The notes beneath the pieces are model-generated. The model was not told the DNA's origin, did no database searches, and saw nothing but the letters and a program-made list of their open reading frames with translations. 64,000 nucleotides of DNA, from the NCBI GenBank assembly GCA_028712885.1, contig JAQTPK010000002.1, positions 20,623 through 84,622 of the forward strand, given 5' to 3'. The translations under genes were made by a program, and so were the position numbers. Every line of letters begins with the position of its first letter. Position 1 is the first letter of the stretch. This stretch comes from Syntrophales bacterium. GTDB lineage: Bacteria > Desulfobacterota > Syntrophia > Syntrophales > UBA4778. Positions 48,427 through 57,527 of this stretch are shown here, piece after piece.

Positions 48427-51112
48427 TTCTTTTCTTCTCAACGGCAAAAACGCAAGCTTCGAGCCTGGTCAGACCATCCTGGAAGCAGCCGGAAACAACG
48501 GCATCACAATCCCTACTCTCTGCCACTTGAAGGGAACCACTCCGACAGGCGCCTGCCGCATCTGCCTCGTGGAAGTCGCCGGTGCGAGGACATTAATGGC
48601 CGCCTGTTCGACGCCGGTTTCCACCGGAATGGACGTCCGGACGGATACGGACCGCGTGCACCAGTCAAGAAAGCTTGTAGTCGAGCTCCTTCTGTCGAGC
48701 GGCCGCCACGATTGCATGGTCTGCGAAGCGAACGGCGATTGCCGCCTTCAGGACCTCGCCTATTTCTACGGCATCAAGGAGCCCCGTTTCAAACAGGCCG
48801 ACGAATTCTATCCTGTCGAGGACCGGAACCCGTTTATCGTGCGCGACTTCAGCCGCTGCATACTTTGCGGCCGCTGCGTTCAGGCCTGCAATGAAGTTGT
48901 CGTCAACCGGGCCATTTCCCTCGGTTATCGCGGCGCGGAAACAAAAATCGTCACGGGCGGCGACAAGGCATACGACGAAAGCGACTGCGTCTTCTGCGGC
49001 CAGTGCGTGCAGGCGTGCCCCGTCGGGGCGCTGACGGAAAAGAAAGCCGTAGGGCTTGCCCGGACATGGGAGACCCGGAAGATCCGCACCACGTGCCCTT
49101 ATTGCGGCGTGGGCTGCCAGATGTGGCTGCACGTCAAGGACGGCCGGATCACGAAGACCACGGCCGTCGAGGACGCCGAGCCGAACAGGGGCAGGCTCTG
49201 CATCAAGGGACGGTTCGGATACGATTTCCTGTATTCCGGCGAGCGGCTGAAAACGCCGCTGATAAGAGAGAACGGAAATTTCCGCGAGGCATCGTGGGAT
49301 GAAGCCCTGGACCTGGTGGCGGCGAAGTTCAAGGACACCATCGACCGGTTCGGGCCGGATTCGGTGGCGGGCGTCAGCTGCGCCCGCAGCCTGAACGAAG
49401 ATTCGTACCAGATGCAGAAACTTTTCCGCGCAGTGTTCGGTACTAACAATATCGACCACTGCGCCCGTACCTGACACGCACCGACTGTCGCCGGTCTGGC
49501 GACATCATTCGGCTCGGGTGCGATGACCAATTCGTTTGCCGATTTTGCCAAGGCAAAACTGTTCATTATCATAGGATCCAACATGACGGAGGCGCATCCC
49601 GTCGCCGCCACGTTTGTGAAAGACGCCGTCCTGGCGGGAGCGCAGCTCATTGTGATCGATCCGCGGCGCTCGGGAATCGCCGACTTCGCGCATCTTCACG
49701 TTCCGATCAAGGTAGGGTCGGATGTGGCCTTCCTGAACGGGGTGATGAACGTACTGATTTCCGAGGGACTGTACGATAAAAAGTACGTCGAATCCTGCAC
49801 GACCGGCTTTGACAAGCTGAAAGCGAAGGTCATGGAATATCCGCCCGAGAAGGCGGCGGAGATCAGCGGCGTGAGCGCCGACCTGATCCGGGAAACGGCG
49901 CGGCGCCTTGCATCAATCAAGCCGGCAATGCTCATTTATACTCTCGGTATTACGGAGCACATCTGCGGAGTAAAAAACGTGCTGTCGTGCGCGAATATCC
50001 AGATGCTGCTCGGAAACGTAGGTTTCGAGTGCGGCGGCGTGAATCCGCTGCGGGGTCAGAACAACGTTCAGGGGGCCTGCGACATGGGCGCCCTGCCCAA
50101 TGTCTTTCCAGGCTACCAGCGGGTCGATAACCCGGAAGCAAGGGCGAAATTCCAGGCCGCCTGGAAATGCGAGGAGCTGCCAGGCAAACCGGGGTTGATG
50201 ATGCCGCAGATGATCGACGGCCTCCCCGAGGGAAAAGTCAAAGCCCTTTACATATTCGGGGAGAACCTGGCCAATACGGAGCCGGATATCCGGCACGTGG
50301 AGCATTGTCTCAGCTCGGCGGAATTTCTGGTCTGCCAGGATATATTCCCGACGGAAACGACTCGTTTTGCCCACGTGATCCTTCCCGCTGCGGCCTGGAG
50401 CGAAAACGACGGCACGTTCACGAGCAGCGAGCGCCGGGTCAACAGGGTCCGCACGGCTTCCGATCCTCCCGGCAAGGCGAAGCCCAATTGGTGGATTTTC
50501 AGAGAGATCGCCCGCAGGCTGGGCCATCACTGGGAGTCAAACAGCGCAAAGGAAATATGGGATAACGAAGTCTCCCGGCTTGCGCCGTCCCTTGCCGGAA
50601 TCCGCTACAGCAGGCTCAGGAACAACGGCTTGCAGTGGCCGGTTCCGAATGATAAACATGCGGGGACGCCGACGCTCCATGGCGACGGGTGTTTCACCTG
50701 CGGCCTCGGCGTTTTTTCTCCCGTGGACTGGATTCCTCCCGCGGAGACTCCCGATGAGAGTTACCCGCTTCTGTTGAGCACGGGCAGGCGCCTTTACCAT
50801 TATCATACGAGAACCCAGACGGGCCGCTCCAAAGGAATCAATGATCTTCTGGGAGAAGAAACGGCGGATATATCTCCTGAGGATGCGTCCGCACTCGGCA
50901 TTAAAGACGGAGAAATGGTCAAAGTCGAATCGCGGCGGGGAGAAGTGGTCGTCAAGGCAAACGTTACAAACAGGGTCCCGGCAGGAATGGTCTGGATGGC
51001 TTTTCACTTCCGGGAAGGCTGCGCCAACTGGCTGACGAATCCCGTATACGATCCGATTACCCTCACGGCCGAGTACAAGGCCTGCGCCATCCGGATAGCC
51101 AAAACGGGATAG
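48419..51112 (+). CDS. fdhA: cytoplasmic-type formate dehydrogenase catalytic subunit FdhA/FdsA-like selenoprotein; Sec at TGA 49472..49474
   Basis: N-terminal [2Fe-2S] (CHLKGTTPTGACRICLVEV), NuoG-type and 2x[4Fe-4S] motifs, then the Mo/W-bisPGD domain. The junction reads ...[31 protein letters not shown]. No Tat signal. The ATG overlaps the fdnI-2 stop. Confidence 0.85.
49487..49503 (+). promoter_or_regulatory. SECIS hairpin for fdhA-3 (GUCGCC-GGUCU-GGCGAC)
   Basis: Perfect 6-bp stem. The loop GGUCU places G+22, G+23 and U+24 counted from the U of UGA. That spacing and loop match what I recall for E. coli fdhF. Confidence 0.6.
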
Positions 51113-51301
51113 AAGATTAGAATAGAAATGGAAATGAATTTATTGTGTGTTCGCATTTATGTTAAATATAACAGGAATTTGCGTGCAGTCTTGACGGTCT
51201 TCGATGTCGCGGGTGCTGAGTATCGCATGCCTGTTGTCGCTTCTGTCTCAGCGGTCTCTTTTCTCCGCAATCCGAGGCGATAAAAAACGGTATGGATATT
51301 C

Positions 51302-51955
51302 ATGATGGATTTTCTTCCCCTGTATCTCTCCATAAAGCTCGCCGCTATCTCGACCCTGGTCCTGATAGGGGTCTCCGCGCCCCTCGCCTATCTTCTGGTG
51401 CATGTTAAATGGCCGGGAAAATCCTTTTTCGAGGCCCTGATCAATCTGCCAATCGCGCTGCCGCCGACGGTGATCGGGTTCTATCTGCTGTTTGTTATGG
51501 GTCCGCGGGGATGGTTGGGAGCGGCCTGGGAGAAATTGAGCGGCGGAGGGCTGCTTTTTACTTTTACGGGAATCGTCGCAGGCTGCATTTTTTACAGCCT
51601 TCCTTTCGCCCTGCAGCCGATCAAAGCGGCATTTGAGAAGGTCGACCCCCGCCTCCGGGAAAACGCCTATGTTCTCGGACTTTCGCCGGTCGCTACTTTT
51701 TTCCGCGTGATCGTGCCGAACAGCCTGAACGGCATTTCCGCGGCCGCTATCCTCTCTTTTTTGCACAGCATGGGTGCTTTTGGAGTTATCCTGATGATCG
51801 GAGGGAGTATTCCGGAAGAGACGAGGGTCGCCTCGATAGCGATATACGAGGCCGTGGAAGCCATGGATTATGACAAAGCCGCAAAGCTTTCCCTGTGCTT
51901 TGTGCCGATAAGTTACCTGTTTCTTCTTTTCGTGAACAGACTTTCAAGGAAGTGA
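51302..51955 (+). CDS. modB: molybdate/tungstate ABC transporter permease (ModB-like)
   Basis: Five to six TM helices and the EAA-type loop (...DPRLRENAYVLGLSPVATFFRVIVP...). Confidence 0.8.
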   Translation: MMDFLPLYLSIKLAAISTLVLIGVSAPLAYLLVHVKWPGKSFFEALINLPIALPPTVIGFYLLFVMGPRGWLGAAWEKLSGGGLLFTFTGIVAGCIFYSLPFALQPIKAAFEKVDPRLRENAYVLGLSPVATFFRVIVPNSLNGISAAAILSFLHSMGAFGVILMIGGSIPEETRVASIAIYEAVEAMDYDKAAKLSLCFVPISYLFLLFVNRLSRK

Positions 51956-51957
51956 AC

Positions 51958-52671
51958 ATGTCTCTGCAATGCAAGCTGATAAAGCAAACCGATTATTTCA
52001 CCATAGAAGTGGATTTTGTCTGCCCGGAGGAAAAGACACTCGCCCTTATCGGTCCGTCCGGATCCGGAAAGACAACCATCATACGGATGCTCGCCGGTCT
52101 GCACAAGCCGGACAGGGGCCGGATCGAATGCGGCGGACGCACTCTGTTCGATTCGGAAAACGGCATTCATTTATCTCCCCAGAAGAGAGAGATGGGTTAT
52201 GTCTTCCAGGATTATACGCTGTTTCCCCACCTGACTATCAGGGAAAATGCGGGTTTTGCAGCCAAAGATGTACAAGAGGCGGACTACCTGCTGGATTACT
52301 TCGGATTGAAGCACCTCGGCGATCGGAAGCCTCATCAGGTATCCGGGGGAGAAAGACAGCGCTGCGCCATTTGCCAGGCGCTGGCAAAGCGCCCCCGGCT
52401 CCTCCTGCTGGATGAGCCTTTTTCCGCACTCGATGTCGTCACCAGGCGCATTCTCCGAACCGAACTGAAGAGGATCAAGGGAGAAAGGAAACTCTCGACG
52501 ATTTACGTCACCCACGATATCCATGAAGCCCTTTTCATGGCGGATGAAATCCTTCCCGTTGTCGACGGCAGGATAGAGCGCGACTGGCTGGAAAAAATTA
52601 TTTCTCCGGCTTCATCTTCCGGCGCCCAGACAAAAGCGCTGCGGGAGCCGAAGCTGTCTTTGGTATATTGA
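51958..52671 (+). CDS. modC: ABC transporter ATP-binding protein (ModC-like, no TOBE domain)
   Basis: Walker A GPSGSGKT, signature VSGGERQR and Walker B LLLLDEP. Start chosen at MSLQCK. Confidence 0.8.
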   Translation: MSLQCKLIKQTDYFTIEVDFVCPEEKTLALIGPSGSGKTTIIRMLAGLHKPDRGRIECGGRTLFDSENGIHLSPQKREMGYVFQDYTLFPHLTIRENAGFAAKDVQEADYLLDYFGLKHLGDRKPHQVSGGERQRCAICQALAKRPRLLLLDEPFSALDVVTRRILRTELKRIKGERKLSTIYVTHDIHEALFMADEILPVVDGRIERDWLEKIISPASSSGAQTKALREPKLSLVY

Positions 52672-52684
52672 TGAAAGGTTAACC

Positions 52685-53257
52685 ATGCCGAAAATAGCAG
52701 CATACTCCTATGAAGAGTATCTTCATTTGATTAAATCTTTTCACGGCAATCTTGCCCCCGGCCTTATCATAGGCGGGTTCATGGTGGACAGCGCCCTCGG
52801 CATGCTCCCTGAAGGGGAGTTCTTTGATGCAGTATGCGAGACGCGGGTCTGCCTTCCGGATGCAGTGCAGATATTGACGCCCTGCACTATCGGCAACGGC
52901 TGGCTGAAAGTCTTTGATTACGGAAGATTCGCGCTCGCCATGTATGAGAAGTACCGGGGCGAGGGCGTGAGGGTTTACCTGGATGCGGGAAAGATGGAAT
53001 CTTGGCCGGAGATAAAGGGGTGGTTCCTGAAGCTTACGCCGAAAAGAGAACAGGACAGCGAAAAGCTGTTCTCCCAGATAAAGCAGGCCGGAAAAGATAT
53101 TCTGAGTTGCCGGAAAGTTCGGATCCGTCCTGATCTTCTGAAAAAGAAAAGCCTCGGCGCGGTCGGCATATGTCCCCGCTGCGGCGAGGCTTACCCGCTT
53201 CGGGATGGAGATGCCTGCCGGCCATGCCGGGGGGAATCACCTTACCAGACTGTTTGA
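52685..53257 (+). CDS. FmdE/FwdE-domain protein with C-terminal zinc ribbon
   Basis: FHGNLAPGLIIGGFMV...LPDAVQILTPCTIGNGWLKV is FmdE-typical. C-terminal CPRCGE...CRPC. Confidence 0.8.
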   Translation: MPKIAAYSYEEYLHLIKSFHGNLAPGLIIGGFMVDSALGMLPEGEFFDAVCETRVCLPDAVQILTPCTIGNGWLKVFDYGRFALAMYEKYRGEGVRVYLDAGKMESWPEIKGWFLKLTPKREQDSEKLFSQIKQAGKDILSCRKVRIRPDLLKKKSLGAVGICPRCGEAYPLRDGDACRPCRGESPYQTV

Positions 53258-53273
53258 GACTTGAGACTTTAGG
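53253..53273 (+). repeat. 7-bp-period array (ttgagac ttgagac tttagga)
   Basis: Read directly. It overlaps the stop codons of the convergent FmdE gene and the 53269..53715 gene. Confidence 0.8.
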
Positions 53274-53715
53274 AGCAGGCCAGTTCCTGGTACCGGCGGG
53301 TGATGATGTAAATTGCGTAGTCGAACAGCAGGATCGTGTGGTTGAGGCTCTCCACCGCCTGCTGCAGTTCGACGGCGGTAGTAAAGATCGCCTGGAACTG
53401 GGCATACAGCCAGATATGCCGTCTCATCAGGATAAGGGCATAAAGGGCCTCATGCATGGGGATGTTGTCTCTGAATGAAAACTCCGCATAACGGGTGAAA
53501 TACTGCTCCTCTTCCCGGTAAGGCTTCGGGCTCAGGAACATTCTGCTGAAATTATCGTAAAACTCTATCGCCTGGGCGGTCAGTTTATCTCTCGAAATTC
53601 CGTGATATGAGGGCGTCCGCGGATTTCTGACGACGTCCCTGCACCAGTTTTCGGCGATATCCCTGGCATGCCGTTCCGTAACTTCCATGAGCTTCGCTGC
53701 AAATGCCTTGGCCAT
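53269..53715 (-). CDS. hypothetical helical protein, possibly RsbRD-N-like sensor fold
   Basis: 148-aa ORF with plausible composition. The pattern ...RHARDIAENW...MHEALYALILMRRHIW... loosely recalls RsbR N-terminal domains. No firm family call is possible by eye. Confidence 0.4.
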   Translation of the reverse strand: MAKAFAAKLMEVTERHARDIAENWCRDVVRNPRTPSYHGISRDKLTAQAIEFYDNFSRMFLSPKPYREEEQYFTRYAEFSFRDNIPMHEALYALILMRRHIWLYAQFQAIFTTAVELQQAVESLNHTILLFDYAIYIITRRYQELACS

Positions 53716-53774
53716 TTACGCTACCTCCCCGGAAAACAGATTATATCCTGCCGCGGTGTTGCGCCGATTCAATT

Positions 53775-53892
53775 GGTCTCAAGTCTCATGTCCCAAGTCT
53801 CGAGTTCGCTGAACAGAAACAGGACGCTCAGCAGCCGGTCTGATTTTTTACTTGAGACTTGAGACTAAAGATAAGCTGTAAGACCCTGACGA
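53775..53892. repeat. inverted pair of TTGAGAC-type heptamer arrays
   Basis: 53775..53809 reads ggtctca agtctca tgtccca agtctcg. 53851..53892 reads cttgaga cttgaga ctaaaga... GTCTCAAGTCTCA pairs with its complement about 60 nt away. AAGCTGTAA/TTACAGCTT then form a hairpin at the prx stop. Confidence 0.8.
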
Positions 53893-53898
53893 TATCTT

Positions 53899-54489
53899 TT
53901 ACAGCTTATCCAGTTGTCGCACCAGGTCCTCCAGCTTCGGTCTTTTGTTTATGTCGTGGACGTCGATAAAACGGATGATTCCCTTCTTGTCTATTACGAA
54001 CAGGGCCCTTTCCGATGTCCCGTCGGACCTCAGGACACCGTACCGGTCTGAAACGGCGCCATGCGGCCAGAAATCGGACAGGACCGGGAACCATAATTTC
54101 CCCATCCGGCTCGTCCAGGCGAATAAAGAAGGTATATTGTCCACGGTTATCCCGAGCAGGACGGCGTCATGAGCTTCGAAAACGTCCTGGATTACATTAT
54201 ACCCCGGCCACTGATCGGAGCAGACCGGGGTCCAGGCGGCCGGCACAAAAGAGAGGACGACGTTTTTTTTGCCCAGGAAATCGGAAAGGGCGATTCTGCC
54301 TCCCCGCACGGAAGGAAGCGAGAAATCGGGGGCGCGTCCGCCTACCCGAACCTTCAGTGCGCTGTCGCGCGGTTTGAGCTTGCCGGGATCGTACACATTC
54401 CCTTCGAAGCTATCCGATTCCGATCCGGCTGCAGAGCCGAGGAAAAGAACCGCTGTCAGGATGGATACACCGATGATGAATTTCTTCAC
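53899..54489 (-). CDS. secreted peroxiredoxin/redoxin (AhpC-TSA family)
   Basis: Signal peptide and the Prx active-site context FVPAAWTPVCSDQ. Confidence 0.8.
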   Translation of the reverse strand: MKKFIIGVSILTAVLFLGSAAGSESDSFEGNVYDPGKLKPRDSALKVRVGGRAPDFSLPSVRGGRIALSDFLGKKNVVLSFVPAAWTPVCSDQWPGYNVIQDVFEAHDAVLLGITVDNIPSLFAWTSRMGKLWFPVLSDFWPHGAVSDRYGVLRSDGTSERALFVIDKKGIIRFIDVHDINKRPKLEDLVRQLDKL

Positions 54490-55064
54490 TTCAGTTCCTT
54501 TATGCCCGCCGCTTTTTTTATTTTCGCCAGAAATTCGGCGGGATCTCCTATAGCTCCCGTTTTCGAGTAGAACACCCGTGGATCCCCTTCTGATGTTTTA
54601 CGAATGCCGATGAAATGGGGCGTCCGGACCTCGCCTATCTGTCCATATGCCGCAAATTCGGGATCGGGAATAATGGGAAAAGGAACGGAATATTTTTTCT
54701 TGAAGGCGCCCGCTTCATACGCCGAATTCCCCGCTCCCAGTCCGACGATTACTATCTTCCCCCGCAGGTTCGCATCCGCCTCGATCATCCGGTAAAGCTC
54801 GTTTATATTGGGAGCCTCGTTCTGACAGTAGGGGCAATAAATGCTCAGTATTTCCAGAATGACGACAGGCGCCTTGATCTGTGAGATATCGAATTTTCCG
54901 CGCCCGGAAAGCCCCAGGTAACTCCGCTCAGACCTGGTATCCGGAGCCGTCAGGACAACCTTGGGGAAATCCGCCCCCGGCGCCGGAGGAGCTTTCGCCT
55001 GCTGCGGGAACCCTGCCGGAACCATGACAAATACGAGAAAAGCAACAATGGCCAGTTTCCTCAT
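54486..55064 (-). CDS. secreted thioredoxin-fold protein (TlpA/redoxin-like)
   Basis: Signal peptide and a CPYC active site. It overlaps the downstream prx gene by 4 nt. Confidence 0.7.
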   Translation of the reverse strand: MRKLAIVAFLVFVMVPAGFPQQAKAPPAPGADFPKVVLTAPDTRSERSYLGLSGRGKFDISQIKAPVVILEILSIYCPYCQNEAPNINELYRMIEADANLRGKIVIVGLGAGNSAYEAGAFKKKYSVPFPIIPDPEFAAYGQIGEVRTPHFIGIRKTSEGDPRVFYSKTGAIGDPAEFLAKIKKAAGIKELK

Positions 55065-55103
55065 AGTGTCCCCCAGGGTAATGCGAATTTTCCTTATATA
55101 TGC

Positions 55104-55132
55104 AGTTTAGAGGAACAAAACAGAGTTTTCAA
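55104..55132 (-). promoter_or_regulatory. sigma70-type promoter for the redoxin operon (TTGAAA-17-TAAACT)
   Basis: -35 at 55132..55127 and -10 at 55109..55104 on the minus strand. Confidence 0.4.
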
Positions 55133-55208
55133 CACTTTCTGGATCGGACAAATTGTCTTTAAAAGAATCTTGATTTCTTATATATTTTTCCTGCTCCAAG
55201 GAGGCTGT

Positions 55209-57116
55209 ATGCCCGGCGGATATACCGGTCTGTTCCTCACCGTCGACCTGATTTCAGGCAAAATCTCCCGGTTTGTCCTGGAGGAAGAATTCTTTCGTCT
55301 TCACATCGGAGGAAGCGCCGTCGCGGCCAGGCTCTTCCTGGACGGTTTTCCTCTGGACTGCGATCCCCTCTCCGGCGCCAATCCCCTTATCATTTCCACC
55401 GGACCGATGACCGGCAGCGCTTTTCCCGGCACTTCCCGCTTTTCGGTATGCGCCAGATCCCCTTTGACGGGAATCTGGGGCGAATCCGCCTGCGGAGGCA
55501 CGTTCGGTCCTGAACTCAAGCGGGCGGGATATGATGGACTGATCATCACCGGCCGCGCCCCTTTTCCCTGTTACCTGCGGATAGAAGACGGCGCTGCGGA
55601 GATAATCGAAGCCTCGGAGATCTGGGGAAAAGACATATATGAAACGACCGATCTCCTTTGGTCGAAGCACCGCTCCTGCCGTGTCCTCGCGATCGGTCCG
55701 GCGGGAGAGAACCTGGTTCGCTTTGCTTCCATAGGGAACGATAAAGGCCATTTCGCCGGGAGGACCGGTCTGGGCGCCGTCATGGGGGCGAAGAACCTGA
55801 AGGCGATTGCCGTAAAAGGAACCGGGCATCCCGAAAAGGCCGATAAAGAAGGTTTCAAGCAGGCGCTGCGCAGCGCCGCCGAGGAGATCAGAAGCTCCGC
55901 GTTTGCCGGCTCTCTGCACGCCATGGGCTCGGATGCCGGCATGGACCTGGGCATGATGACGGGAGACGTCCCCATCCGGAATTGGACAGTGGGGGAGGAT
56001 TATGATCTTTCCGCCGCCCTGGGAGGGCCTGCCCTCACCGAAAAATACCTGGTAAAAGCACACGCCTGCACGCATTGCCCGATCGCCTGCAAACGCGTAG
56101 TGCGCGTGGCGGAGGGGCCGTACCGGACGGAAGAAGGCCCCGGTCCCGAGTACGAAACATGCTGTACGTTCGGAACGATGATCATGAACTACGACCTTGC
56201 CGGCGTGATCAAGGCGAACGAACTGTGCAATCGCTACGGGATGGATACAATCAGCTGCGGCTCGACCGTGGCAATGGCGATGGAGCTCTTCGAAAAAGGA
56301 CTTCTATCCGGGAGGGACACGGAAGGACTGGACATGGCCTGGGGGAACATGCCGGCCGTTTTTACTCTCCTGGGGAAAATCGCCCGGCGTGAAGGATTCG
56401 GAGGACTCCTTGCCGAAGGAAGCGCCCGCGCTGCTGAGCGCCTCGGAAGCGCGGCCGCGGAAGCCTCCGTGCACGTCAAGGGCCTGGAACTGCCGATGCA
56501 CGATCCGAGGGCTTTCCACGGAATGGGGCTCGCGTACATGGTTTCAAACCGCGGCGGCTGCCATCTGCAGCATGCCGTAATGGGCACGGAACAGGGAATG
56601 GTCTCCTGGCCTCAGGTCTTTACGATGAAAGACAGCTACACAGGGCCGGAGAGCGAAGACAAGGCCGCCCTCGTTTTCCATTCCGAGAACTTCGGCATTC
56701 TCGGCAATTCCCTCGCCATCTGCCATTACGTGCTTTACAGCCTGAAGCCGGAAACCGTCCTGAAAGCTTTTAACGTTATAACCGGATTCGGATTCGGTTT
56801 CAGCGACTTGATGGTCTGTGGAACACGGGACTGGATGCTGAAAAGGGGTATCAACAATCTTCTAGGCGTCACTTCCCGAAACGACGCCCTGCCGAAGCGG
56901 ATAATGACGGCTTTGACCGAAGGCGCCGCGGCGGGCTCCGTCCCGGATACGAAAAAACTGCTGAGCGAATATTACGCGTTAAGAGGCCTGGACAAACAGG
57001 GAATCCCGAAAGAGGACCGGCTCCGAGAGCTCGGGTTGGATGCGCTGAACAGAAGGCTTGCCGCCGTCCGCGCCGCTGAGCCGGTTGCAAAGGAGGAGAT
57101 GAAATGGCAAAATTGA
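55209..57116 (+). CDS. aor: tungsten-type aldehyde:ferredoxin oxidoreductase (AOR family)
   Basis: N-terminus MPGGYTGLFLTVDLISGKI...GGSAVAARLF and the AOR [4Fe-4S]/pterin region (CTHCPIACKR). AAGGAGG lies upstream of the ATG at 55209. Confidence 0.9.
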   Translation: MPGGYTGLFLTVDLISGKISRFVLEEEFFRLHIGGSAVAARLFLDGFPLDCDPLSGANPLIISTGPMTGSAFPGTSRFSVCARSPLTGIWGESACGGTFGPELKRAGYDGLIITGRAPFPCYLRIEDGAAEIIEASEIWGKDIYETTDLLWSKHRSCRVLAIGPAGENLVRFASIGNDKGHFAGRTGLGAVMGAKNLKAIAVKGTGHPEKADKEGFKQALRSAAEEIRSSAFAGSLHAMGSDAGMDLGMMTGDVPIRNWTVGEDYDLSAALGGPALTEKYLVKAHACTHCPIACKRVVRVAEGPYRTEEGPGPEYETCCTFGTMIMNYDLAGVIKANELCNRYGMDTISCGSTVAMAMELFEKGLLSGRDTEGLDMAWGNMPAVFTLLGKIARREGFGGLLAEGSARAAERLGSAAAEASVHVKGLELPMHDPRAFHGMGLAYMVSNRGGCHLQHAVMGTEQGMVSWPQVFTMKDSYTGPESEDKAALVFHSENFGILGNSLAICHYVLYSLKPETVLKAFNVITGFGFGFSDLMVCGTRDWMLKRGINNLLGVTSRNDALPKRIMTALTEGAAAGSVPDTKKLLSEYYALRGLDKQGIPKEDRLRELGLDALNRRLAAVRAAEPVAKEEMKWQN

Positions 57117-57526
57117 AAGCCTTTACGCAGGAGTGGATGAACGCTTTCCGCCGGCGGATCGCCGATTCAAAGGAATACAGAGAGATTGCCGGGAACTGGG
57201 AGGGAAGCGTATCCATTATAATCAATCCCGACCCCGCCCGGGGCGTACCGGAAACTGTATATCTGTTCACCGACTACTGGCATGGCGACGTAAAGGATTT
57301 TCTCGTCTGCGACAAGGCCAAGGCGGAAAGCGCTGATTTTATCATGAGCGGCGATTACATCCGCTGGAAGCAGATCGCCAGAAAGGAGATCGAAGCCACC
57401 AAAGCTCTCATGCAGGGAAAGCTGAAGCTCAAAGGCAATCTCGTTTATGTCGTCCGGAATGTCAAAACGGTAAACAAGGTTGTCGATCTGCTGGGCGAGG
57501 TGGATACCCTCTTCCCGGATGATTAA
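57104..57526 (+). CDS. SCP2 sterol-carrier-like domain protein
   Basis: 140 aa whose C-terminal ...ALMQGKLKLKGNLVYVVRN... is the SCP2 signature. It overlaps the aor 3' end by 13 nt. Confidence 0.7.
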   Translation: MAKLKAFTQEWMNAFRRRIADSKEYREIAGNWEGSVSIIINPDPARGVPETVYLFTDYWHGDVKDFLVCDKAKAESADFIMSGDYIRWKQIARKEIEATKALMQGKLKLKGNLVYVVRNVKTVNKVVDLLGEVDTLFPDD

Positions 57527-57527
57527 T

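Noticed and set aside
51113-51150. Possible further periodic array (tagaa tagaaa tggaaa tgaatt) after fdhA-3
   Set aside because: The period is about 6 and irregular, the stretch is short and AT-rich, and it cannot be distinguished from chance low complexity.
51113-51301. Possible Moco riboswitch in the modB leader (CUCCGCAAUCCGAGGCG segment)
   Set aside because: I could not reconstruct the conserved Moco-motif helices or core nucleotides by eye. An Infernal scan with RF01055 is needed, so it is not reported as a feature.
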